DNA of 46,731 bases from a virus. Lineage: Duplodnaviria > Caudoviricetes. Of this stretch, positions 35,512 through 43,516 are shown one piece after another (the stretch's first letter is position 1; every line of letters begins with the position of its first letter). A model generated the notes under the pieces. The model was given only the letters and a program-made list of their open reading frames with translations. It was not told where the DNA came from and made no database searches. Both the position numbers and the translations under genes were made by a program. The DNA is taken from IMG/VR virus record IMGVR_UViG_3300046009_004019, positions 1 to 46,731 of that record. The stretch is one strand, 5' to 3'.

Positions 35512-35608
35512 ATATATATAAATATATATCTAGATATATCTTTATAGATATATCTATAACTACCTGTAAAGGAATCTTATATATAAATATCTTTTTTTAT
35601 AATAACTA
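35509..35608. repeat. AT-rich palindromic AGATATAT repeat tract, putative replication origin
   Basis: Inverted repeat 35509-35532, perfect palindromes 35524-35539, 35532-35541 and 35542-35559; immediately upstream of the primase-helicase. Confidence 0.7.
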
Positions 35609-35620
35609 TTGGAGAACAGT

Positions 35621-37318
35621 ATGAATCTAGAACAGATTGTGTTATCGCAATCCGATAAAAGTCGAATCCGTTGTCCTGTCTGTGCAGAGGACAGAAAGAA
35701 GTCGTATATCAAAACGATGGGTGTTACGGTTGAGAATGACCGTGTCGTTTACCAATGCTTTCACTGCGGGGTTTCGGGTGCAGTGAGAAAGGATCGCTTC
35801 ATGTATCAAGTCAAGGAACTCAGCAAGAACGTCGCGCCTATTGATCCACCATCGGAGGTCAAGCCTGAGATCGTGGAGAACTTCTTGCGGAGCCGGGGCA
35901 TTGATCCTCAGTTGGTTCAGGACTACCCATTGGTTGGTGGGAACAAGTACTTTGCAGAAGGCGGCAAGCAAGATGCCATCGGGTTCATCTACGGTGACAC
36001 CCGCACACCTCAAGCGATCAAGTGGAGATCGGTCAGCGACAAAGCATTTACGCAGCAGGGTTCTGCTCGCTCGTTCTTTGGTTTAAACCAATTACCAAAA
36101 GACCTGACTGACCTTGTCATCTGCGAAGGTGAGATGGATGTCCTCGCACTGGCCGCAGCGGGTATCCCTGCCATCGGTTGCCCGAACGGTGCGCCGCAGA
36201 AGATCAGTGATCGCAAGGTAGACCCCAAGGAAGATGGCAAGTACTCGTTTGTGTGGGAGTCACGGGAACTGATTGAGTCTGTGCAGCGGGTGGTGTTCAT
36301 CCCAGACCAAGACGAGCCGGGTCAGGCGCTCGTTGAGGAACTGGCAAGACGTATCGGTCGCGCCAAGTGTTGGACGGTCACGCTCCCTGCTAAGGATGCG
36401 AACGAGACTCTCCAGAAACATGGCGCTGAGGCCATACGAGAGGCTTTCCTAGCCGCTAAACCCCTCCCACTAGAGGGTGTGTACTCCCCCGCTGATTTTG
36501 AGACTCAGATCCTCTCTCTGTACGACGATGGGGTGGTGAAGGGGGCAAGCACAGGCTTGGGAACCCTTGATCCTCTGTACACGGTGCTGCCGGGACAGTT
36601 GTCGGTGTTCACTGGACTGCCGGGTAGTGGTAAGTCCGAGTTGATCGACCATATCTGCGTCAACATTGCCATGCAAAAGGGATGGCGGTTTGCGATTGCG
36701 AGTTTTGAGAACCCGCCTCACATGCATATCGCTAAACTGGCTGAGAAGGTGGTCGGCAAACCGTTCTTCGGTGAGAACCGAATGGATGCAGACGAGCGCG
36801 ACTATGCACTGGCATTCCTGAACGAACACTTCGTGTTCCTGCAGTCACATGACGGCGCTCCGAGTACGGTGCAGTCCATCATCGACCGCACCAAGCAAGC
36901 GGTCATGCGTATGGGTGTGCGCGGCCTGATCATTGACCCGTACAACTACCTAGACATGAGCGGATCAGACTCCGAGCATCAGGCCATCAGCAAAATGCTC
37001 ACTGACATCGTGCTGTTCTGTAAATCGCATGAACTGCATGCATGGTTCGTTGCTCACCCGGCAAAGCAACTGCCAGACAGCGGCCCTCCAAAGGGACAGC
37101 ACATCTCAGGCAGTGCGGCATGGTTTGCGAAGGCAGACATGGGTGTGACGGTTCACCGAGCAGGGAACCAGACCGAGGTACATGTGTGGAAGTGCCGGTT
37201 TAAATGGGTCGGCAAGGTTGGCATGGTCGAATTGAATTACGACATCCCAACGGGGCGTTACTCAGACAAGGCTCACTTCGCTGCGCTCACCAACGAGTGG
37301 GATGACATCGACCTATGA
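35621..37318 (+). CDS. T7 gp4/Twinkle-like primase-helicase
   Basis: CPVC...CFHC zinc domain, TOPRIM ICEGEMD and DQD...KDANE, SF4 helicase GLPGSGKS, IIDPYN, VAHP, ISGS..WF.KAD, K.RF. GGAG RBS. Confidence 0.95.
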   Translation: MNLEQIVLSQSDKSRIRCPVCAEDRKKSYIKTMGVTVENDRVVYQCFHCGVSGAVRKDRFMYQVKELSKNVAPIDPPSEVKPEIVENFLRSRGIDPQLVQDYPLVGGNKYFAEGGKQDAIGFIYGDTRTPQAIKWRSVSDKAFTQQGSARSFFGLNQLPKDLTDLVICEGEMDVLALAAAGIPAIGCPNGAPQKISDRKVDPKEDGKYSFVWESRELIESVQRVVFIPDQDEPGQALVEELARRIGRAKCWTVTLPAKDANETLQKHGAEAIREAFLAAKPLPLEGVYSPADFETQILSLYDDGVVKGASTGLGTLDPLYTVLPGQLSVFTGLPGSGKSELIDHICVNIAMQKGWRFAIASFENPPHMHIAKLAEKVVGKPFFGENRMDADERDYALAFLNEHFVFLQSHDGAPSTVQSIIDRTKQAVMRMGVRGLIIDPYNYLDMSGSDSEHQAISKMLTDIVLFCKSHELHAWFVAHPAKQLPDSGPPKGQHISGSAAWFAKADMGVTVHRAGNQTEVHVWKCRFKWVGKVGMVELNYDIPTGRYSDKAHFAALTNEWDDIDL

Positions 37319-37779
37319 GCAGCCAAGATTGGGACGAGTCGTTCATCGAACGATTCAAGCAGAGTCACCAGACTGAGATGATTGTGGCTGTGTGGTTACT
37401 CAGTCGAGGCAACGAGGTGCGTGTTATGCCCAAGCACCTGAGGGAGAAATGGGAAGACCGTTTAAATCATGCGGACGAGGGGGATTTAATCGTCAACGGG
37501 AAGCGTTGCGAGGTGAAGGGACTCAGGCGTAAGTTTGAGATGGGCAAGTGGCCATTCCCTTACGCACTGGTCTGTAGCAAGTGGTCGTATGATCGTGCCG
37601 CTAAGAAGCCTGACGTATTCTTTTTGGTGAGCGGTGATCATTCCTGCACTGCGGTGGTGGACGTAATCAAAACCTGTCGGCAGTGGACAGTGGTGTCTCA
37701 GCAGGACTATGAACGCAACGAAACTTACGATGCGTATGCTATCGACCCATCATTGCTGCAATGGTACGAACTGAAATAA
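37315..37779 (+). CDS. Putative PD-(D/E)XK nuclease-like protein
   Basis: E...D.GDL......EVK motif; ATGA-coupled to the helicase. Confidence 0.6.
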   Translation: MSSQDWDESFIERFKQSHQTEMIVAVWLLSRGNEVRVMPKHLREKWEDRLNHADEGDLIVNGKRCEVKGLRRKFEMGKWPFPYALVCSKWSYDRAAKKPDVFFLVSGDHSCTAVVDVIKTCRQWTVVSQQDYERNETYDAYAIDPSLLQWYELK

Positions 37780-37811
37780 AAAAACCCCGGCGCTCTTGTG
37801 GAGGCCGGGGT
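37778..37811 (-). terminator. Rho-independent terminator at the convergence of early and replication operons
   Basis: Minus strand ACCCCGGC-12 nt-GCCGGGGT-TTTTTT. The plus side is followed by a pyrimidine-rich run, so it may be bidirectional. Confidence 0.85.
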
Positions 37812-37870
37812 CTCTTCCTTTGCCGCCGTCTTGCACTGACGGGATTGGACGGCGACTAGGGTGGATTACT

Positions 37871-38059
37871 TTAACGTACTCGGATACTCAACGGACAGAG
37901 TTCGTGCGCTCGGATAGTCCGAGTGTACTCACTGCCAAGGTAATCATAGAAGCACTGCTTGGTCATGCCAGTAACCTTCTCGCCAGTCAGGTACGCCGTA
38001 CCTGCATGAGCCGAAGCACTCGCCACTAACGCAGCCATCAACAGAATCAACTTCTTCAT
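37871..38059 (-). CDS. Small secreted/periplasmic protein
   Basis: Signal peptide MKKLILLMAALVASASAHA and two Cys (likely a disulfide). Confidence 0.75.
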   Translation of the reverse strand: MKKLILLMAALVASASAHAGTAYLTGEKVTGMTKQCFYDYLGSEYTRTIRAHELCPLSIRVR

Positions 38060-38202
38060 GCTATCACTCCTCTGGTAAAACTATTTGCCCAATCAATGCA
38101 TTCTTCACGGGAACCTTTCCAGTATTTAAACGCCTCGCCGTGGGTGAATGCGACCCATCGATCCTTCCAGATGCGGCCCGGACATGGGAACACCCAGACC
38201 AT
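38056..38202 (-). CDS. Hypothetical protein (start uncertain)
   Basis: Fills the gap and is ATGA-coupled at its 3' end; the frame stays open further upstream to 38304. Confidence 0.45.
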   Translation of the reverse strand: MVWVFPCPGRIWKDRWVAFTHGEAFKYWKGSREECIDWANSFTRGVIA

Positions 38203-38228
38203 GGGGTTCCCGTCCGAATCGGCAAAGG

Positions 38229-38558
38229 TCAGTGCTTGGTCATCGGTGCGTTCGACAATTTGTCCATCATGATTCGGGACACATAAGCCGCCACTGATCC
38301 GCATTCTTCCGCCTCCTCAGCATCATCTGTTTCCATGGCGCGGATCGCCAGAGTCCGTGCGAAGTCCGCGATCAGGCTGATCACGGCCACATCGGAGAAC
38401 TCCATGCGCTCCAAGTTTTCAGGGACAATATCGAAGGCGAGTCCACCCTCAATCGTCACTGCTTCAATGGCACAAGCCAGATCGATGTTTTGTTGGTGAT
38501 ACCAAGACTCGGGATAAATCTCCCCGTCCTGCGGGTTCAAAAAGAATCTGGTGTTCAT
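38229..38558 (-). CDS. Hypothetical protein
   Basis: 109 aa, acidic, GAGGT RBS. Confidence 0.7.
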   Translation of the reverse strand: MNTRFFLNPQDGEIYPESWYHQQNIDLACAIEAVTIEGGLAFDIVPENLERMEFSDVAVISLIADFARTLAIRAMETDDAEEAEECGSVAAYVSRIMMDKLSNAPMTKH

Positions 38559-38570
38559 CGTTTAAATACC

Positions 38571-38774
38571 TCAGAACGGGGGACCAATGGGTTCATCTTC
38601 CTCGCCACCCCATAACTGACTCTGATGCTCGGCCAGTACGGAGTCAATGCGATCAATTTTTTCCATCATCTTCGACAGGTCATGCTGTATCCGCATGATC
38701 GCGTATGCCACAGCGGGGTCAAGTCGAAGACCTTTGACCTCGCGCTCCAAGTATTCGATATCTGAAAGGTTCAT
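38571..38774 (-). CDS. Hypothetical protein
   Basis: 67 aa coiled coil with acidic ...PPF tail; AGGAG RBS. Confidence 0.7.
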   Translation of the reverse strand: MNLSDIEYLEREVKGLRLDPAVAYAIMRIQHDLSKMMEKIDRIDSVLAEHQSQLWGGEEDEPIGPPF

Positions 38775-38965
38775 GCTCTGCTCTCCTGCTTTGCTCGTTG
38801 TACTTCAAACCATTTGCGGGTGATGTCATCGGTCAGTTGTCGAGTCCGCATGTTGTACTGCTTCCGCAGCAATTCAAACTTGTTGACCTCGCGTTCTAGT
38901 TCCACCTTCAGCATGCGGTACTCAGCATCCAGTTGCTCAACGTAGGGGTCGGTCAATCGTTCCAT
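38771..38965 (-). CDS. Hypothetical coiled-coil protein
   Basis: MERLTDPYVEQ..., GGAGG RBS; start trimmed relative to the track ORF. Confidence 0.65.
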   Translation of the reverse strand: MERLTDPYVEQLDAEYRMLKVELEREVNKFELLRKQYNMRTRQLTDDITRKWFEVQRAKQESRA

Positions 38966-39048
38966 GTTGCGATCCTCCATGCGACGATCAGCATCAGGGG
39001 AATGAGTGCCATGCGCGGCAGGTAAAACAAGAAGTCTTCCCATGTCAT
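38953..39048 (-). CDS. 31-aa single-TM membrane peptide (not in ORF track)
   Basis: MTWEDFLFYLPRMALIPLMLIVAWRIATWND*, GAGGTG RBS, first ORF after a strong promoter. Confidence 0.6.
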   Translation of the reverse strand: MTWEDFLFYLPRMALIPLMLIVAWRIATWND

Positions 39049-39074
39049 GTTGCACCTCTGTTCTAATGTTGTGA

Positions 39075-39103
39075 AGTATAGTTGTTTAGATGTTAGTGTG
39101 CAA
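39075..39103 (-). promoter_or_regulatory. Sigma70 early promoter
   Basis: TTGCAC-N17-TATACT, followed by TCACAACA as in the 41536 promoter (TCGCAACA). Confidence 0.8.
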
Positions 39104-39107
39104 GGGG

Positions 39108-39887
39108 TCAGGCGGCAATCGCCGCCCTCTCCCAGAGTTGCTGCACGGTGCGGTTCGCACGATCCGGTGTTGCGTACTCACCGCCACTGATCACCGGGAT
39201 GGTGAGGTGGAACTCGTTGCACTCCTCTGCGTAGTGCGTCGAGTAACCGTACGAGGGAACATACTTCGGGGTCATGAACTCCAACACCCGAAAGAAGAAC
39301 CGTCGCAGCATGATCGGAGTCGCGAAGGCAAGACCAATCCGATCCATATCGACCGGCTCTTCGGGACGTTTAACCGTCACGCTCCAGATGAACTTGTCAT
39401 TGCCAGAGTAGCCGTGCTTGAAGGCGATCAGTTCCACGCGACGACCACTGAGTTGGATGCGGTCGATCAGTGTCACAATCGCAGCGCCGCGATTGACGAA
39501 CTCTTGCGCTTCGATACCGGCACTGCCCGACATGTTGACCGCGATCCGCACAATCGGCTGCGAGACCGGCGGTGCGTCTTCAGTCGCGACGAACATGTCT
39601 TCGGGGATACCCGCGGCGTAGGCCGGAATGCAGGGGAACGCGCCCACTGGGGCGACATCCCACAGCGGCTCCGGTGCGGAGGTCACCTTGACCGCGACTG
39701 ACTCCATGGCGGCACGGGCAACCGGGTGACCCTTGACTGCGTAGTCGAGGGCTTGATACCAAAAATCGCAGCCAGACCATGAGGCATTGTTTTCAGCCTC
39801 TGAACCGCCCATTTCCCAGTTGACCTTTCGGTTGCGAAGATCGTTTACGAACTCATCCCATGAGTCTGCGTTGTAGCGGTAAATCAT
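39108..39887 (-). CDS. vWA-like partner of MoxR ATPase (CobT-like)
   Basis: VGAFPCIPAY.AG.PE.M, VRIAVNMSGSAG (degenerate MIDAS), RGAAI..L.D.....G.RVEL, LRR.FF. Confidence 0.7.
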   Translation of the reverse strand: MIYRYNADSWDEFVNDLRNRKVNWEMGGSEAENNASWSGCDFWYQALDYAVKGHPVARAAMESVAVKVTSAPEPLWDVAPVGAFPCIPAYAAGIPEDMFVATEDAPPVSQPIVRIAVNMSGSAGIEAQEFVNRGAAIVTLIDRIQLSGRRVELIAFKHGYSGNDKFIWSVTVKRPEEPVDMDRIGLAFATPIMLRRFFFRVLEFMTPKYVPSYGYSTHYAEECNEFHLTIPVISGGEYATPDRANRTVQQLWERAAIAA

Positions 39888-40888
39888 GCGGCAATCCTCT
39901 TCGGTAAGTTGGAGCGAACCTTCTCAACGTCGAGCGGCGACATCCCGCGCAGCAGCAACATCTCTTCGACGCGATCCCACTTGAGACCGGCAGAGAGCAA
40001 CTTACCGCCCTTGATCGATGCGCGGGGCGAAACCACTGCGCGAATCTTCAACTCGCGGACAGTGCGACGGAATGCCTGAACATGGCGCGTCCACTCGTCA
40101 TTGGGCGAGATCGCCAGTTCCAGTCGCTCGTCGTAGTCCATCGACACGAACGCGAAGCGGTCGAGCGTGGCTGCGTCGAGTTGAGCGCGGCCAACGTACT
40201 GAGCATCAGCACCGCTGCCCCAAGTGTTCGCAGCGGCAATGATCACGAAGTCCGAATGGCGTTTAACCGTGCCGCAGGGGAATGCGGCGAGGTCATTGGC
40301 AGCGATGGCGTTGAAGGCAAGCAATGCTTGTGCAGACGACGCATCGATCTCATCGAACAGGAACACGCCGCCGCCGACATAGGCGCGGTACAAGTCAGTC
40401 ACCATGTACTTGCCTTCGGCGTTGATGAATCCCTGCAACTGGTACGCCATGCCGACAGCGCCAGTCGAGTAGAACGGCAAGCCCAGTGCTTCGGCGCACT
40501 GCGAGGCGAGGGTCGTCTTACCGGAACCGGCAGGGCCGACAAGGTAGACGTTCTCGCGAACGGACAGCGAGGCCAGTACATCCGGAAACACCGGGTGACG
40601 GTGACCATTCGGCAGGACTTTGATCTCAGCGCCCTGCTTGATTTCGATGCGAATCGGGCGGTGCTGTTCGACCGCAGCGACAGCGGCAGCGACGGCATCC
40701 TTGCGGATCGATTCGATGGTCGCAGCATCCAGAGCCGCAGCAGGAACTGGGGCAGGATCAACCCCGTTCCAGATCGACAGCAGGACATCGTCCGGTGCGT
40801 TCGGCGACTTGCCCTGTCGCACGGCATGCATCTTGAGGTACGAGCGGTCGCTGTCAGACAGCGGGAGCGAGAAGGTACGCTTGGACAT
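39884..40888 (-). CDS. MoxR/CbbQ/CobS-family AAA+ ATPase
   Basis: Walker A GPAGSGKT, Walker B FLFDEID, AAANT.G.G....YVGR..LD.ATLDRF, VSPR. GGAGG RBS at ATG 40888. Confidence 0.9.
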   Translation of the reverse strand: MSKRTFSLPLSDSDRSYLKMHAVRQGKSPNAPDDVLLSIWNGVDPAPVPAAALDAATIESIRKDAVAAAVAAVEQHRPIRIEIKQGAEIKVLPNGHRHPVFPDVLASLSVRENVYLVGPAGSGKTTLASQCAEALGLPFYSTGAVGMAYQLQGFINAEGKYMVTDLYRAYVGGGVFLFDEIDASSAQALLAFNAIAANDLAAFPCGTVKRHSDFVIIAAANTWGSGADAQYVGRAQLDAATLDRFAFVSMDYDERLELAISPNDEWTRHVQAFRRTVRELKIRAVVSPRASIKGGKLLSAGLKWDRVEEMLLLRGMSPLDVEKVRSNLPKRIAA

Positions 40889-40890
40889 GA

Positions 40891-41502
40891 TCAGCCCTCC
40901 ACGTTGAGTGAGTTGATGCTGCTGCAAACCGGGCAAGCCGAAGCAGCGTGTAAACGGTGCGCTTGCATGGCAGAGACACGAGCCGTCCAGTTGCAGGAAC
41001 CGCACTGCAGTTTCAGCAGCCGAGTGCCCTGCTTTTTACGGGCATTCGGGTCAACCTTCGCATGCGGGTACGAACCCAGTTGATCGACGATGCGTTCCAA
41101 CTTGCCGCGCAGTTCGGCACTGGGAACCGTTGCGGTCATGGGGCCGACAAGGCCAATGGCGCGACAGACACGGGCGAACTCGCCACGATGGCCGCACTGA
41201 ATCCCTGCCCAGACATGGGCGAGTTCATGAGCCAGAACCGCGATCACATCGACCGGCTTGTCGAGAATCGGGTTGATGAACACTTCGAACGTGCCGTCTG
41301 CAGAGATCGACGGGTCGAAGGCTTGGCCCAAGGTCACCTTGCCGGTGCGTGAGCCGCGATAGCCAATCGGGAAGCCGCAAGCGACCCGATACTTGCGTTG
41401 TTCCCATGACACCGCATCGACAGCGGCGACCGGGAAAATCTCGTGCTGCAGCATGACTGCAGCGGCGGCAAGCCATGACTCGCGTTCGTTGAATTTGACC
41501 AT
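40891..41502 (-). CDS. SprT-like zinc metalloprotease with C-terminal Zn ribbon
   Basis: LAHELAH......GH.GEF...C..IGL, then CGSC...CPVC; GGAG RBS. Confidence 0.85.
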   Translation of the reverse strand: MVKFNERESWLAAAAVMLQHEIFPVAAVDAVSWEQRKYRVACGFPIGYRGSRTGKVTLGQAFDPSISADGTFEVFINPILDKPVDVIAVLAHELAHVWAGIQCGHRGEFARVCRAIGLVGPMTATVPSAELRGKLERIVDQLGSYPHAKVDPNARKKQGTRLLKLQCGSCNWTARVSAMQAHRLHAASACPVCSSINSLNVEG

Positions 41503-41535
41503 GATTCTGTTCTCCATGTTGTCGGTATGTTGCGA

Positions 41536-41565
41536 AGTATAAACGCTGCGTTGTGTCGCAGTCAA
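41536..41565 (-). promoter_or_regulatory. Sigma70 early promoter
   Basis: TTGACT-N18-TATACT just downstream of the ribozyme. Confidence 0.75.
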
Positions 41566-41582
41566 CTTGTGTAAACGGTGAC

Positions 41583-41661
41583 GGTCTCGTCAGTACCCGC
41601 ATGACGGGCAGACATCCCGGCCTGTTGGCGATCAAGCCCGAAGGCGCGGGATGTTTCGACC
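41583..41661 (-). ncRNA. Hammerhead ribozyme, type II
   Basis: Minus strand: GGUC GAAA CAUCCCG [insert] CGGGAUG UC / UGCCCG UCAUG CGGGUA CUGACGA GACC. All core nucleotides and three stems are present; predicted cleavage after the C at 41611. Confidence 0.93.
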
Positions 41662-41669
41662 TAGAATTG

Positions 41670-41855
41670 CTACGCAATAATTTCCACGCCTTCTGCATCA
41701 ATTCGAAGGCGTTCGATTGGCTCATCCGTAACGTCAAACACTTCCCACCCTGTCACCTCACTGCCGATTAATTCGTCAAATTGCCACTTGACTGGGGGAT
41801 AAAAGTCTTCGCTTTCGTCCAGTTCGATATGAATCACAACTGCATACTTTTTCAT
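41670..41855 (-). CDS. Hypothetical acidic protein
   Basis: 61 aa, AGGAG RBS. Confidence 0.7.
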   Translation of the reverse strand: MKKYAVVIHIELDESEDFYPPVKWQFDELIGSEVTGWEVFDVTDEPIERLRIDAEGVEIIA

Positions 41856-41870
41856 GATTTTCTCCTGCGT

Positions 41871-42068
41871 TTAAATGCTGAACAGATAGTCATTCGAAAA
41901 ACCGGGGACTCGTACGTCCACTTGAACACCCATGCGGCGAATTTCCGTGAGGTTCTGGGCATCGAAGGTTTTCTGCTTCATCAGTGCAGCGAAGCGTGAT
42001 GCGAGTTCGTTGAGCGGGTAGTACTTGATCTGCCCGTAGATATGGCGCTGTTCGACTTGAATGATCAT
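41871..42068 (-). CDS. Hypothetical early protein
   Basis: I.V..R.IYG...YYP.N..A..FA.L...KTF....L..I..MG; ATGA-coupled, GAGGTG RBS. Confidence 0.75.
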   Translation of the reverse strand: MIIQVEQRHIYGQIKYYPLNELASRFAALMKQKTFDAQNLTEIRRMGVQVDVRVPGFSNDYLFSI

Positions 42069-42229
42069 GACTTGGACACCTCATTGGCTGAGAAAAGGCA
42101 AACGAGCGCGGCTGCTACCGCGATCAGCGAGGGGATGCCGACACCGCCAGACTCGGCGGCGATCAGAACGCCAAGACCCATCTGGATCATGGCGAGATAT
42201 TGGAAACAAGCGACGAGAATGATTTTCAT
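42065..42229 (-). CDS. 54-aa two-TM membrane protein (not in ORF track)
   Basis: MKIILVACFQYLAMIQMGLGVLIAAESGGVGIPSLIAVAAALVCLFSANEVSKS*; GGAG RBS; first gene of the early transcript. Confidence 0.7.
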   Translation of the reverse strand: MKIILVACFQYLAMIQMGLGVLIAAESGGVGIPSLIAVAAALVCLFSANEVSKS

Positions 42230-42250
42230 GCTGCTCTCCAGTGTTGTTGT

Positions 42251-42291
42251 GACTCAGTGCAGCGTCCTCGACGAGGGCGCTCTACTCAGTC
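42251..42291 (-). other. Long imperfect hairpin before the first early gene (RNase III-site-like)
   Basis: 19-nt arms GACTGAGTAGAGCGCCCTC / GAGGACGCTGCACTGAGTC with symmetric mismatches. Confidence 0.5.
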
Positions 42292-42292
42292 G

Positions 42293-42490
42293 AAGGTTTT
42301 TCCGGTTCGTTGGGCATCGTCAGACTTTCGGGCGGCTGCTGTACTTGCAGGTCATTGCCTTCAACCCTACGGCTTCACCGATGCTTTAGGCCGGGTTCCC
42401 CTTTCGGGAACCGCCGGGCTGCTTGCGCTCATCCGGCACCAGAACCTCTCTTATTCGCCTACCGGCTGCGGCTGTCTGGGGGCCGCTTGG
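42293..42490 (-). ncRNA. Putative structured leader RNA
   Basis: About 200 nt with no credible ORF; GNRA-capped hairpins at 42394-42412 and 42413-42437 plus enclosing helices. Confidence 0.5.
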
Positions 42491-42495
42491 TTCGT

Positions 42496-42525
42496 ATTAC
42501 ATTCGATTTCATGATCACTTGTCTA
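42496..42525 (-). promoter_or_regulatory. Probable first early promoter
   Basis: TAGACA-N18-TGTAAT with an upstream A-tract (UP-element-like). Confidence 0.55.
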
Positions 42526-42688
42526 CAACTTTTTTCGTTTACACGACCACAAATTACCTAAGTCACTGATTTTCGGTCGAATTTAGTTTGCGGTTAAACA
42601 GTCCAAAAGGTAGGATTCGGTGAGCGATCATGGTCTATACATGATCAAAGATTATCGAAACCACTGCAAAACAAGGGCAGAACGCACA

Positions 42689-43237
42689 ATGGCAGGCATG
42701 ACAGATGAATACGGGTTGACTGCAAAACAGCGTAAATTCTGCGAGAACGTGATCAGCGGCATGAATCTCGCGGAGGCATATCGCAATTCATACGATGCCG
42801 AGAACATGAAGCCAGCGTCAGTGCAGAAGCGCGCAGCGGAACTGATGGTGGACGGGAAGATCAAGGGGTGCCTGCAGGCTCTAGCAGCGGTCAGGAGGCA
42901 GCAGAGTGAGGCTCTGACGATCTCTGACAGAGACATGCTCGTCTCTCTGCTCCGCAAGTGGTCGAAGGGTGACGAGTCTGCTACCAGTTCCCAGTTGAGA
43001 GCCGCAGAGTTACTGGGCAAGGCATGCGGACTCTATCGGGACGTTGTCGAGGATCACCGTGAGCGCCCATCGACATTGGTAGCGGCTGAGTTGGAGGCGA
43101 GGCTAGCGTCTATGCTGCAGCCTTCGGTGCATCCTCAGGCTTCCGCAGCAGTTCCAGTGCAGGACGCAGCGCCTTTGGAGCGTGTAAACGTAGCCGATTC
43201 GCATGATGACGCTGCGAGTTCCAACGTAACTCATTGA
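42689..43237 (+). CDS. terS: Terminase small subunit
   Basis: LTAKQRKFC...ISG.N..EAYR.SY......ASV...A.EL...ELLGK; upstream of terL. Start uncertain (frame open from 42620). Confidence 0.85.
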   Translation: MAGMTDEYGLTAKQRKFCENVISGMNLAEAYRNSYDAENMKPASVQKRAAELMVDGKIKGCLQALAAVRRQQSEALTISDRDMLVSLLRKWSKGDESATSSQLRAAELLGKACGLYRDVVEDHRERPSTLVAAELEARLASMLQPSVHPQASAAVPVQDAAPLERVNVADSHDDAASSNVTH

Positions 43238-43516
43238 ATTTAAACGGGGTGTCGGGGTTAAGTCGCCGTCTAAACGAGGCGAAAAAGCCGATGCCGACCC
43301 CCCTTTTTGCAGCGTGACGCACCATGGCTGCTATACATGCGATTCCGCTCCCACGATGCTGTACTTTTGTAACGTGTTGCTTTCACGCAACACACCCCCT
43401 ACCCCTTGTTGTTCTATAGATCGGGGTAGTTCCAGTGGTTCCCCGGAGATTTTGATAGATAGTGGTGGGGGAGTCCCAGTCTGTAAAATTTTTTTATAAA
43501 AATTCCCATCTACATA

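Noticed and set aside
39108-40888. cobS/cobT cobalamin auxiliary metabolic genes
   Set aside because: Generic MoxR/vWA pair; no cobN or other cobalamin genes.
40082-41083. 333-aa plus-strand ORF
   Set aside because: Antisense shadow of the MoxR ATPase gene, no recognisable motifs or RBS.
42296-42365. Second hammerhead (CUGACGA and GAAA present on the minus strand)
   Set aside because: The GAAA is not positioned after a strand pairing with the sequence following CUGACGA, so stems II and III cannot be built.
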